This document shows, piece after piece, positions 12,423-23,581 of a stretch of 64,000 bases of DNA. Source of the DNA: Octopus vulgaris (lineage: Eukaryota); contig OX597822.1 of the NCBI GenBank assembly GCA_951406725.2, positions 19,220,001 through 19,284,000 of the forward strand, in the 5' to 3' direction. A program made the translations under genes and the position numbers. The notes under the pieces are model-generated. The model was not told the origin of the DNA. It saw nothing but the letters and a program-made list of their open reading frames with translations, and ran no database searches. Numbering within the stretch: position 1 is the first letter of the stretch; each line of letters begins with the position of its first letter.

Positions 12423-15400
12423 CACATCAGAGTCCCTATGATTCGATCAAGAGTTGAAAAGCCAATGGAAGTATTGCAATGCACAATTCATTTCAATAAT
12501 ACAAAGGACAGATGCAGATGAGCAGCTCGCTCCACAACCATAATGTCCAGAGTTCAATACCACCACTACATGGTGTTTTGAATGTTTTTACCAAAGCCGC
12601 AAGTTTTGTTTCAGTGTGCAGTTAGTCTATAGGTATGATCTGTAGGCAACCCCATGGTGTTAAGTATGCTTTGGCCAAAGTCCTATGTATGTTTGTGCAC
12701 CTTTCTTTTTCTTCAGTCTTCTGGTAACATGAATATTATGGAGGATTTGTGAGTATGATTTGTTTCTGTTGAGTGTGAGAGTTGATTGTATTTGATATTG
12801 ACTATTAGACGTGTTCCTTGTTCAGTCACGATTTAGCAAATTTATGATCAAAGTCATTCAAGCTTTAACCTTCCCTTCCACCTTTCTTTCAGACAGTGTC
12901 TCCAGGACATTAATCAATGTGCTTCTTTTCAAAACTATAAGATGTTGAGGGAAAAGTCCACTGGAGCTGAGAAATTCCTACCTACATGCATTTTTTTTTT
13001 ATTAGTTAACAGTAGTGGAATTGGTAGATGTTACTTTGGAGCCATATTTCAAGATGACTGGTGTAGGTTGGATTAGTTGCACACTCTTGTATGAAAAAGG
13101 GGTAAGCAAGTTGTATGATGTGATCTATATATGAAGCTAGGTGTTTCAACATGCGGCAAGGCCATGTATGGTACTCCATTCGAACCAATTACAAATTCTG
13201 CAAGTGTTTCTGTAGAAGTTTTACATCTGACCATGCAATCTGCCATTTTGTGCTTCATGTAATTTCTTGAGATGCTCAACACTATAAACCCACGTGGATG
13301 ACAGGAAATGGAAACAAAATCTTTAACCCCTTAGGATTTAAACCAGCCGTATCAGGCCTAAATATTCTAATTGTTTTATGTTCAAACCAGCATCTCACAC
13401 TTATCCTACAATGTCTTTCTTAAAAAAACAATCACATCATTGAAATCACTAAGCTATGGGTTAATGCATGATTAATTCAAAACAATGTGAACAAATATAT
13501 TTGACAGAGTAATCTGAGAGCTAAAAAGTTAAATACTGATTCTACAGACATAAAAAGTTTGCTAGCAATGTAAAAGCTATCAAGGTTAATGAGTCGTGAA
13601 TTGGAACTGCATCAGAAGAAACATTAAAACTGAAATAAAAACCTTAAAAATTTAACATCCTCAGCAATATTTCCATGGAGAGAATGAGGTAATTTCTCAT
13701 TACTTTTCCTTTGACATTTTTCTTTAAAGAAACCAATGACAAGGGTATTTATTGGTTCCACAAGAATGAAATAACATAACCATGAGAAAGAATTCAAATC
13801 AAAGTCTATGTAGATATAAATCACCAACAGTTTGCTTTCTACAGAGTTCATCACACTATGTTGAACTAGACCACAAAATACACTGAACTCCTCAGATATC
13901 TCATTTGATTGTCCTTTTTTTATTATTGTAACCTCCATTACAGACCAAATTCAAGGACTGTCTTAGCAATGTCATATTTATTTATTCAAAATCATTGACA
14001 GCGGAGTGACAGAAATGATAAAACAATCTTTCATCCTTCTACACTGAAGAGCTCAAATCCTGATATGGTTAACTTTTGCTTTTTATCTTTCTGATTGATA
14101 CCTGTAATATACTGGTTCACTTCAACCAATAAGCTATGTTCAAAAACTGGACTTGGCAAAGAAAAAAAAAAATCAATGTAAGTTCCCCGTGGCAATTTTC
14201 CAAAATGGTTATACCTACCTCATATCTGATGGGATATATGTGATCATTACAAATATACAAATATTTTAAGAAAAATTTTTTAACTTTTAACAATTACAAT
14301 AGCCAGAAGCTCATCTTTCAAGTCCAAGTTTCTGAATTGGCAAGCAAGCTGCAAATTGGAAAGAATATATTTGCAGTGATATAAGCAAGCTGTAAATAGG
14401 AGGGCAAATTTGCAGTGAAAGCTCACTAAAATGCTGTATCTTTTTCCTTGGACAGAAAAAATGTCAAAGGAATTATGGACAAGAATGTCAGCTGGCTTAG
14501 GTTTTATTATTTTTTTTTTTTGTAGGGATAGAATAAGAGGCAGTTGAAATTCAGGTAAGTTTGTTCCCATTACCAAATATTTCTAAGACTTATTAAATGT
14601 GCTGGTGACACTATTACCCTCATTATACATAAAAATAGCAAGCTGCATATTTCAAGTAGGAACTGTGCAACAGATCCTTATTCTCCAAGATATCACCAAA
14701 CTAATGAGAGAAGGACAAAAAAGTAAAAGATGATAGAGAAATTAGAAACAAGCTGAAGTCTATATATAACGTTGACCAAATGAAAGGCTAGTAAATGCTG
14801 AAGCAAAATACTATTTCTGAAGTATTTATTTACAATAGAAAGATTTGATAATGTAAATAACTAGAGTAAAATTTCCTTGGTGTTATAAGACAAAGGTTTT
14901 AAATTTGTGTTTTTCTGGGGGGTTTTTTAGCAGAAAACTTTCGTCTGATCCTTTAGAAATTAATTCTTCACACTACTAAAGATTTCATTTTCAGTAAGAT
15001 TTTTGGATGAAGAAAAGAAAAAAATTATAAATTATTGTAGGTGTGTAGTTTGACAGTGTTAGCTAATATAAACGGTGAACAATGTAAGATGTTCATTTAA
15101 CTGCAGTGATAATGGAGAAAAACATTCAACAGTAGTCAACAACTGTGTCCAAAAGAAGAAAGTAACAAGTCCCATAAAAAGATGATTTGGCAACACTGCA
15201 GACAACCAAATATATTAATTTGTGAATTGACAAATATATTTATCTCTAAATATATATAAGGAATAAATATAAAACAAACTTTAATTTGTCACAACAGCTC
15301 TCCTCTCATTGGCAATAACTGAGTATGGAGAAAAGATAAAACAACAAATTTGTATCTAATTTAAATCCTACCAAGACTAAGTGTACTTAACATACCAATA

Positions 15401-16328
15401 TGTAGTAGGATAGGCTAAGATTCATTAACAAAGTGGAAAGACAACTATCTTTTGACTGCTCCTGTAAATTTGTATTTCATTAAAGAACAATATGTTGTTC
15501 AAAGAAAAGTGTTGTCATTCCAAATAGTATGTAATATGCAGCTGTACAAAAATAATTGAGTTTAACCTTCAAGGGTGTAAAGTCTGGAGAGGCAAACTTG
15601 TAGACAAAAAATATAATTTAATGCGTAAGATTGATTCTATTCTGTGTTGGCTGTGGTTGAGTAGCCAACTTTAGCTAAATTCATCATCGTCGTTTAACGT
15701 CCGTTCTCCATGCTAGCATGGGTTGGACGGTTCGACCGGGGTTCTGGGAAGCCAGAAGGCTGCACCAGGCTCCAGTCTAATTTGGCAATGTTTCTACAGC
15801 TGGATGCCCTTCCTAACGCCAACCACTCCGTGAGTGTAGTGGGTGCTTTTTACGTGCCACCTGCACAGGTGCCAGGCGGGGCTGGCAACGGCCACGGTCA
15901 GATTGGTGTATTTTATGTGCCACCGGCACGGAAGCCAGTCGAGGCGGTGCTGGCATCGGCCACGAGTCAGATAGTGCTTTTTACGTACCACCAGACCAGG
16001 GATCCTGGCTGGTTCAATTCGATTTCGATTTCGCTTGCCCCAACATGTCTTCACAAGCAAAGGGGGTTGGCAAGGGTGCCTGTCGTACGGTCGCATTGGA
16101 GTATTTTACGTGCCACGGCCACGAGTCGGATAGTGCTTTTTACGTACCACCAGGCCAGGGATCCTGGCTGGTTCAATTCGGTTTCGATTTCGCTTGCCCC
16201 AACATGTCTTCGCAAGCATGGGGGGTTGGCATGGGTGTCTGTCGTCGGATGAGGTTCTATATCAACTTCGCTTGCCTCAACCGGTCTTTGTGTCCAAGGG
16301 AGGAAAGGCATTCATAAGTAGGCTGGGC

Positions 16329-19300
16329 TCACTTGTCCTGCCTGGTCTTCTCACGTACAGAATATTTCCAAAGGTCTCGGTCTCTGGTCATTTCCTCAGT
16401 GAGGCCTAAAGTTCGAAGGTCGTGCTTCACCACCTCGTCCCAGGTTTTCCTGGGTCTACCTCTTCCACGGGTTCCCTCAACTGCTAGGGATTGGCACTTT
16501 CTCACACACCTATCTTCATCCATTCTCGCCACATGACCATACCAGCGCAATCGTCTCTCTTGCACACCACAACTGATGCTTCTTAGGTACAACATTTCTC
16601 TCAAGGTGCTAACGCTCTGTCGAGTATGTACACTGACATTACACATCCATCGGAGCATACTGGCTTCATTCCTCACGAGCTTACGCATGTCCTCAGCAGT
16701 CACGGCCCATGTTTCGCTGCCATGTAGCATGGCTGTTCGTACACACGCATCATACAGTCTGCCTTTTACTCTGAGCGAGAGGCCTTTAGTCACCAGCAGA
16801 GGTAAGAGCTCCCTAAACTTTGCCCAGGCTATTCTTATTCTAGCAGTTACACTTTCAGCGCACCCACCCCCACTACTGACTTGGTCACCTAGATAACGGA
16901 AGCTATCAACTACTTCTAGTTTTTCCCCCTGGAAAGTGACGGAAGTTGTTTTCTGCAGATTTTCGGAGGTTAATGCTCCCGAGCATCTGCCACATACAAA
17001 AACTATCTTCCCAGTTAGCCTACCTTTGACATTGCTGCACCTCTTATGTGTCCATAGCTTACACTGGGTACATCTTATAGAGTTTCTACCTACACTTTTT
17101 CTACAGATCGAGCAGGGCCATCTTCCTGAAGATATTTGTGGATTGTCTACCTTTCTACTTATTAGTACTTTGGTTTTAGCTAGGTTGACTCTAAGGCCCC
17201 TTGATTCTAAACCCTCCTTCCACACCTGGAACTTCTCCTCCAGTTCTGATAGTGACTCAGCAATAAGAGCAAGGTCGTCAGCGTAGAGGAGCTCCCAGGG
17301 ACAGCCTGTCTTGAATTCCTCCGTAATTGCCTGGAGTACTATGATAAATAGGAGGGGGCTGAGTACTGAACCCTGGTGGACCCCAACCTCTACTTTGAAT
17401 TCTTCTGTGTACATGTTGCCAACCCTAACCTTACTTACGGCATCTCTGTACATGGCTTGCACAGTCCTCACCAGCCATTCATCTATCCCTAGTTTCCTCA
17501 TTGACCACCAGATAAGGGATCGGGGGACCCTATCAAAAGCTTTCTCCATGTCAACGAAAGCCAGGTACAGGGGCTTATCTTTGGCTAGGTATTTCTCCTG
17601 CAGCTGCCTTACCAGGAATATAGCATCAGTGGTACTTTTCCCTGGCACGAATCCAAACTGCATCTCATCTAAACTAACTCTCTCTCTAATTAGTTGGGCT
17701 ATGACCCTCTCCGTAACCTTCATTACTTGATCCAACAGCTTGATACCTCTGTAATTATTTGTATCTAGGGCATCACCTTTACCTTTGTAGCAGTTGACTA
17801 GTATGCTGCTGCACCAGTCATTGGGTATGACTCCTTCGTGTATCACCTGGTTGACTATACGGGTGACTAGGTTATAGCCGACACTGCCAGATATTTTGAG
17901 CATCTCTGCAGTAATTCCTGATGGGCCTGGGGCTTTCCCTGTCTTCATGCTTCTAATTGCCTTAGCTACCACGGAACTATCAACTCGGATAGCTGGTCCC
18001 TCTGTAGGGTCAACATTCGGCAGACTCTCTTTATCCCATTCATTTTCCTCATTCAGTAACCAAGCTTCTCTCTTTGCATCCTCATTTAGCGCAAGTGAAC
18101 CATCCTCCATGCGAACACATTTCTCTCCTACCACATCACGATTCTCTCTCACACACTGTCTTGCAACACGAAATACCTCAAGTCTTTCATCCTCACGGCG
18201 CAGGACATTGGCAAATTTTCTCTTATCTGCTTCCCCTCTGGCTAGATAGACCTGTCTCCTAGCTTCCCTTCTGGCAGTCTGATACCCTTCCCTGCTACCA
18301 CCGTTCTTCCAGGCCTTCCAAGCCTGTTTCTTTTGTCTAATAGCCCTGTCAACAATATTGTTCCACCACCACGTTATTTTGGGTCTTAAGGGGACTTTGC
18401 ACCAGCCACAGATCTGGTCAGCGGCTTTCAGCAGGTTGTCCCTCAGAAACGTCCAGTTGTCTTCTACCCCATGTGTAGCTATACCCCCTTCCACTTCGTC
18501 AAAGGCTTCAAGTAACATATCTCTAAATCTCTGTCCATTCGCAGGGGCTTTAAGCTTCCAGACCCTTCTTCTCCATGTTGGTCATCTTCTAGTCGCCCTC
18601 TTAGTCCTGATCCTAAAGTCACTAACTACCAGTCTATGTTGTGGGGTGCATTCTTCGCCTGGGAAGGTTTTGGCATTTATAAGCAGCCATCTTTCCCTTT
18701 TTCTGGCAAGGATGTAGTCGATTTGGCTAGTATGCCGGCCCGATCGGTAGGTGACCAGGTGGCTTGTTGGTTTCCTGAAGTTAGTGTTGCAGACCATAAG
18801 ACTATTCGCATCGCAGAACTCCAGCAGCCTGGTTCCCTCCTCGTTGCGGGAACCATAACCGTAGCCTCCATGTACGCCATGGAAGCCCCCAGCATGTCGT
18901 CCAACATGCCCATTGAAATCACCAGCCACAAAGAGAAGGTCCCTGTCGTTCGTCGATGAGGTGGTCTGCAGTAGGGTGTCATAGAAACTGTCTTTCTGTC
19001 CATCGGGTAGCCTTGGCTGAGGGGCATAGGCCGATATAATGGTTGCTAATCTATTATGAAGCACTATTCTAATCTTAAGTATTCTGTCACTTACTCTGAT
19101 TACCTCAATTACTCTATCTATCCATTTCTCAGTGATAAGTATACCCACGCCACCAACCCCGTCAGTGTTCCCTGCCCAGAAAATCTTGTACCTGTGTTCC
19201 TTGCCTGTGAGGACCCTAGCAGATCCTCCTCTCCACCTTATTTCTTGCATACAACATACATCAACACGTCTCCGTTCAAGCATCTCGACTATCTCGCCAG

Positions 19301-19418
19301 ACCTACCTTTCAATGTGCCAACGTTGAGGGTGTGGGAGGTGTGGGCCTCTGAGACCCTGGGATGAGGGGCAGCAGTGTTATGTACCTGAAAAGAAAGCTT
19401 GCATTTGCCAGATATCAT
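16329..19418 (-). pseudogene. LINE EN-RT polyprotein frame (~1029 codons) interrupted by one in-frame TGA at 18582-18584
   Basis: Reading through the stop gives RATRR*PTWRRRVWKLKAPANGQRFRD-MLLEAF; the 63 nt between the two ORFs keeps the frame. Confidence 0.88.
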
Positions 19419-19573
19419 ACTGAGACTCTAGACTACAACCTGCATAAATTTCAAAGTTTTTGCGCTATATGATCACAATAAACCCTACATAGGGGTGCGG
19501 GGGGGGGGTCAAGAAAGATAGAAAACAGAAACTTCCGGTTCTGGTGGATGGCTGGGAGGGCCGGGTCACCTCC

Positions 19574-21938
19574 AAGGAACAACAGGTTTTAAGTTAATAC
19601 GTAGGGAATTTTCTGCGACAGAAATTACTGAACATCTAGGAACTTCGGGGTTCGATTAAAACATAATATAAATAGGAGAGAGAGAGAGAATATTGTAGTG
19701 AATTCTGGGGATGGAATAACAACGGGATGACACTGAAATTAAAGGAGGAATTTAAAATGCATGACAGACAGGAAGCCATGCATACAAGATGGCGAAATAA
19801 ATAATAGAGAAACGGGATTTAGAGTTACGAATCAACGCTTAAAAAATGAATATGAATGACAGGTTGTAAGTTAAATTCGCTTAGCTGGTCATTTTTCGAG
19901 TCAGTGTTTTGTCAGCAAGATGTAGAATCGAGAAGAGGGACGAGATAAATTGAACACTGCTTTATAAAGAGTTAGGGATTGGGGGGGGGGTTATCAGGTG
20001 GAAGCATGAGGAAAGAGAGAGGGGGAAGGAAGAGAGAGAGAGAGCTAAGGAACAACAGGTTTAATTCGTAAGGAATTTTCTGCAACAGAAATTACTGAAC
20101 ATCTAGAAACTTCGGGGTTCGAGAAGAATGTAATATAAATAAGAGAGAGAGAAAATATTTCGAGGGAATTTAGGGTATCTTTGGGGAAAGGAATAACGAC
20201 GAAGGAACAACAGGTTTTAAGTTAATACGTAGGGAATTTTCTGCACAGAAATTACTGAACATCTAGAAACTTCGGGGTTCGAGAAGAACGTAATATAAAT
20301 AAGAGAGAGAGAAAATATTTCGTAGGGAATTTAGGGTATCTTTGGGGAAAGGAATAACGACGAAGGAACAACAGGTTTTAAGTTAATACGTAGGGAATTT
20401 TCTGCGACAGAAATTACTGAACATCTAGAAACTTCGGGGTTCGAGAAGAACGTAATATAAATAAGAGAGAGAGAAAATATTTCGTAGGGAATTTAGGGTA
20501 TCTTTGGGGAAAGGAATAACGACGAAGGAACAACAGGTTTTAAGTTAATACGTAGGGAATTTTCTGCGACAGAAATTACTGAACATCTAGAAACTTCGGG
20601 GTTCGATTAAAACATAATATAAATAGGAGAGAGAGAGAGAATATTGTAGTGAATTCTGGGGATGGAATAACAACGGGATGACACTGAAATTAAAGGAGGA
20701 ATTTAAAATGCATGACAGACAGGAAGCCATGCATACAAGATGGCGAAATAAATAATAGAGAAACGGGATTTAGAGTTACGAATCAACGCTTAAAAAATGA
20801 ATATGAATGACAGGTTGTAAGTTAAATTCGCTTAGCTGGTCATTTTTCGAGTCAGTGTTTTGTCAGCAAGATGTAGAATCGAGAAGAGGGACGAGATAAA
20901 TCGAACACTGCTTTATAAAGAGTTAGGGATTGGGGGGGGGGGATTATCAGGTGGAAGCATGAGGAAAGAGAGAGGGGGGAAGGAAGAGAGAGAGAGAGCT
21001 AAGGAACAACAGGTTTAATTCGTAAGGAATTTTCTGCAACAGAAATTACTGAACATCTAGAAACTTCGGGGGTTCGAGAAGAATGTAATATAAATAAGAG
21101 AGAGAGAAAATATTTCGTAGGGAATTTAGGGTATCTTTGGGGAAAGGAATAACGACGAAGGAACAACAGGTTTTAAGTTAATACGTAGGGAATTTTCTGC
21201 GACAGAAATTACTGAACATCTAGAAACTTCGGGGTTCGAGAAGAACGTAATATAAATAAGAGAGAGAGAAAATATTTCGTAGGGAATTTAGGGTATCTTT
21301 GGGGAAAGGAATAACGACGAAGGAACAACAGGTTTTAAGTTAATACGTAGGGAATTTTCTGCGACAGAAATTACTGAACATCTAGAAACTTCGGGGTTCG
21401 AGAAGAACGTAATATAAATAAGAGAGAGAGAAAATATTTCGTAGGGAATTTAGGGTATCTTTGGGGAAAGGAATAACGACGAAGGAACAACAGGTTTTAA
21501 GTTAATACGTAGGGAATTTTCTGCAACAGAAATTACTGAACATCTAGAAACTTCGGGGTTCGATTAAAACATAATATAAATAGGAGAGAGAGAGAGAATA
21601 TTGTAGTGAATTCTGGGGATGGAATAACAACGGGATGACACTGAAATTAAAGGAGGAATTTAAAATGCATGACAGACAGGAGCCATGCATACAAGATGGC
21701 GAAATAAATAATAGAGAAACGGGATTTAGAGTTACGAATCAACGCTTAAAAAATGAATATGAATGACAGGTTGTAAGTTAAATTCGCTTAGCTGGTCATT
21801 TTTCGAGTCAGTGTTTTGTCAGCAAGATGTAGAATCGAGAAGAGGGACGAGATAAATCGAACACTGCTTTATAAAGAGTTAGGGATTGGGGGGGGGGATT
21901 ATCAGGTGGAAGCATGAGGAAAGAGAGAGGGGGGGAAG
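19574..21938. repeat. Higher-order tandem array, long/short units L-S-S-S-L-S-S-S-L
   Basis: A shared ~80 bp core AAGGAACAACAGGTTT...GAAACTTCGGGGTTCGA starts at 19574, 20047, 20202, 20363, 20525, 21001, 21158, 21320 and 21482. Periods are ~475 and ~155-162 bp; the higher-order period is ~951-957 bp. Confidence 0.95.
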
Positions 21939-22254
21939 TAAAAGATATTGTATTTAGTAACATTAGCAAACTTATTTCAATGGTATATTAACATGGTTAG
22001 ATAAAGGATGGGAACTGTACACCAAGATTGTTGTTAGAACAACTGCTAACCTGGTATTTAGACTATTCTGATGTATTAAATGTTAAAACCAGCATCATTT
22101 GTATAAAATTTCAGCTGCAAACAACTCAAAGAGGAATCAATAAAACAAAAATAGCCATTTTCTGAATAATATTGAAATTACTTGTATGAAGGCATATATC
22201 CTTCCTTGAAAAAAAATAAAAATGAAGAAGATTCAAAATTCATGAGATAAGCAA

Positions 22255-22286
<32 letters not shown>

Positions 22287-23000
22287 TACATATATAAAAA
22301 TATTAAAATAACTGGTTAGGTTTGATAAAGAATGAAAATAACAGAAAAAGTAGATATGATGCTTGTATTACGAGAGCATTCATTATATGAAGCTGGCAAT
22401 TGTACACCAGGAAAAACTAGTGACAATTAGAAGAGTAAAAAAAAAAAAAGGTGGACAACAGCCAAAAGGCCATACTTGATACATTAAAAAAAGCAGTTCT
22501 AGAATCAGAAATCGGTCAGTGGTAGACATTTAATTAATGGAATCCAATCTTTTATTCATTTCGCTCTTTCTTTTCATATATTTTCAAAATTCGTTAAATT
22601 TTCAATTATTCACTCTTTATTTTCTGGTGTCTTTTATTATTATAATTATCATAATTATTATTATTATTACCATCATCCAATTTTTTTGAGAAAAATATCA
22701 GCAAGAAAAATTAAAAATAAATTTGCTGGCAGCATGAATGAGCACTGCCCACATTAAACTAACAAGAGCTGGTGCCATGCCCAGACTTATGGTGAGACCA
22801 AAATACTGAAGATGGGTCATTCACCACTGTCCATTTTAATCAAGCTAGGAGGAGTCTGGCTGGAAGTTTTTGTCACCAAATATACATAGTTATTGCAACC
22901 TTTCACTCATATTCTGCCACAGGCAAATCAGAGTGGCCGGGGAAACTGGAATTAGTTTCATGTTGTCTGTAAGTGTTTTAAGCCTAGTGCACTCTTATTG

Positions 23001-23038
<38 letters not shown>

Positions 23039-23413
23039 ATCATAGAAGGAATGAATGAAGAGGCTTATAGAAGAGAAAGATGCACTGATGTTCAGAGATA
23101 AACATTAATTCTAATAAAAAGTGAAATAAGGATTTAAATTTAAAAATAAAATTCAAAAGAAAAGTGTGTGTGTGTGTGTGTATATATTTATGTGTGTATA
23201 ATTACATCAATCAACTTTCTTTTTATATATATATATATATAATTAAAAAAAAGGAGGAAAAGAGGAACAGTAAGAGAAGATAATGAAGACAATGATAATA
23301 TCATTAATATTATATCATTATAGGTGTTATGTAATAATCCCACCCGGCCATATGGTAGCTTCTGCAGAGTTCGAATGAAAGCCGGAATTATGTTAGTTGT
23401 CTCCCTTGCAACA

Positions 23414-23581
23414 TCATTGCGCTTGTGGACGTTTTTGTAGAGCCATCACTAAGTCGTTGCGTAGTGCCTCTGCATGCTTGCGATCTTGCAAGGTCTGAAT
23501 AGAGCGAAGACCATTCACAATATCCTTCGTTTTCCCAAAATAAATTTCATTAAGAGTGTTTCTAATTTTATTCTCCATATC
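23414..23581 (-). CDS. CAPZB: CapZ-beta last coding exon (168 nt including TGA)
   Basis: tttctag|[55 protein letters not shown]. The seven exons total 819 nt; with the missing ATG the protein is 273 aa. Confidence 0.97.
   Translation of the reverse strand, partial: DMENKIRNTLNEIYFGKTKDIVNGLRSIQTLQDRKHAEALRNDLVMALQKRPQAQ

Larger units (their letters stand above)
15682..21938 (-). mobile_element. Near full-length RTE-like LINE: tandem-array 5' region, single EN+RT ORF, ~650 bp 3' UTR, (GAC/GAT)n tail
   Basis: ORF 18582-19418 encodes the APE endonuclease (LNVGTL, MQE, SAYAPQ, GDFNGH, QIDYIL, QHRLV). ORF 16329-18518 encodes RT (NYRGIKL, QFGF, DMEKAFD, GVHQGS, LLYADD). Tail at 15682-15692. No TSD found. 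Assigning the 19574-21938 array to the element is inference from adjacency. Confidence 0.92.

Noticed and set aside
13624-14576. Minus-strand ORFs as an alternative CAPZB terminal exon or separate gene
   Set aside because: No similarity to CapZ tails or any family I recognise, and no convincing splice sites; more likely 3' UTR or intergenic DNA.
15710-16409. ORFs of 70-180 aa on both strands, also 62430-63058
   Set aside because: GC-rich repetitive LINE 3' UTR with no recognisable domain; frames differ between copies.
16333-19365. Series of plus-strand ORFs
   Set aside because: Antisense shadows of the LINE EN-RT frame.
15660-21960. Target-site duplication around the large LINE
   Set aside because: The flanks (…TTAGCTAAATT and TAAAAGATATTG…) do not match, so none is claimed.
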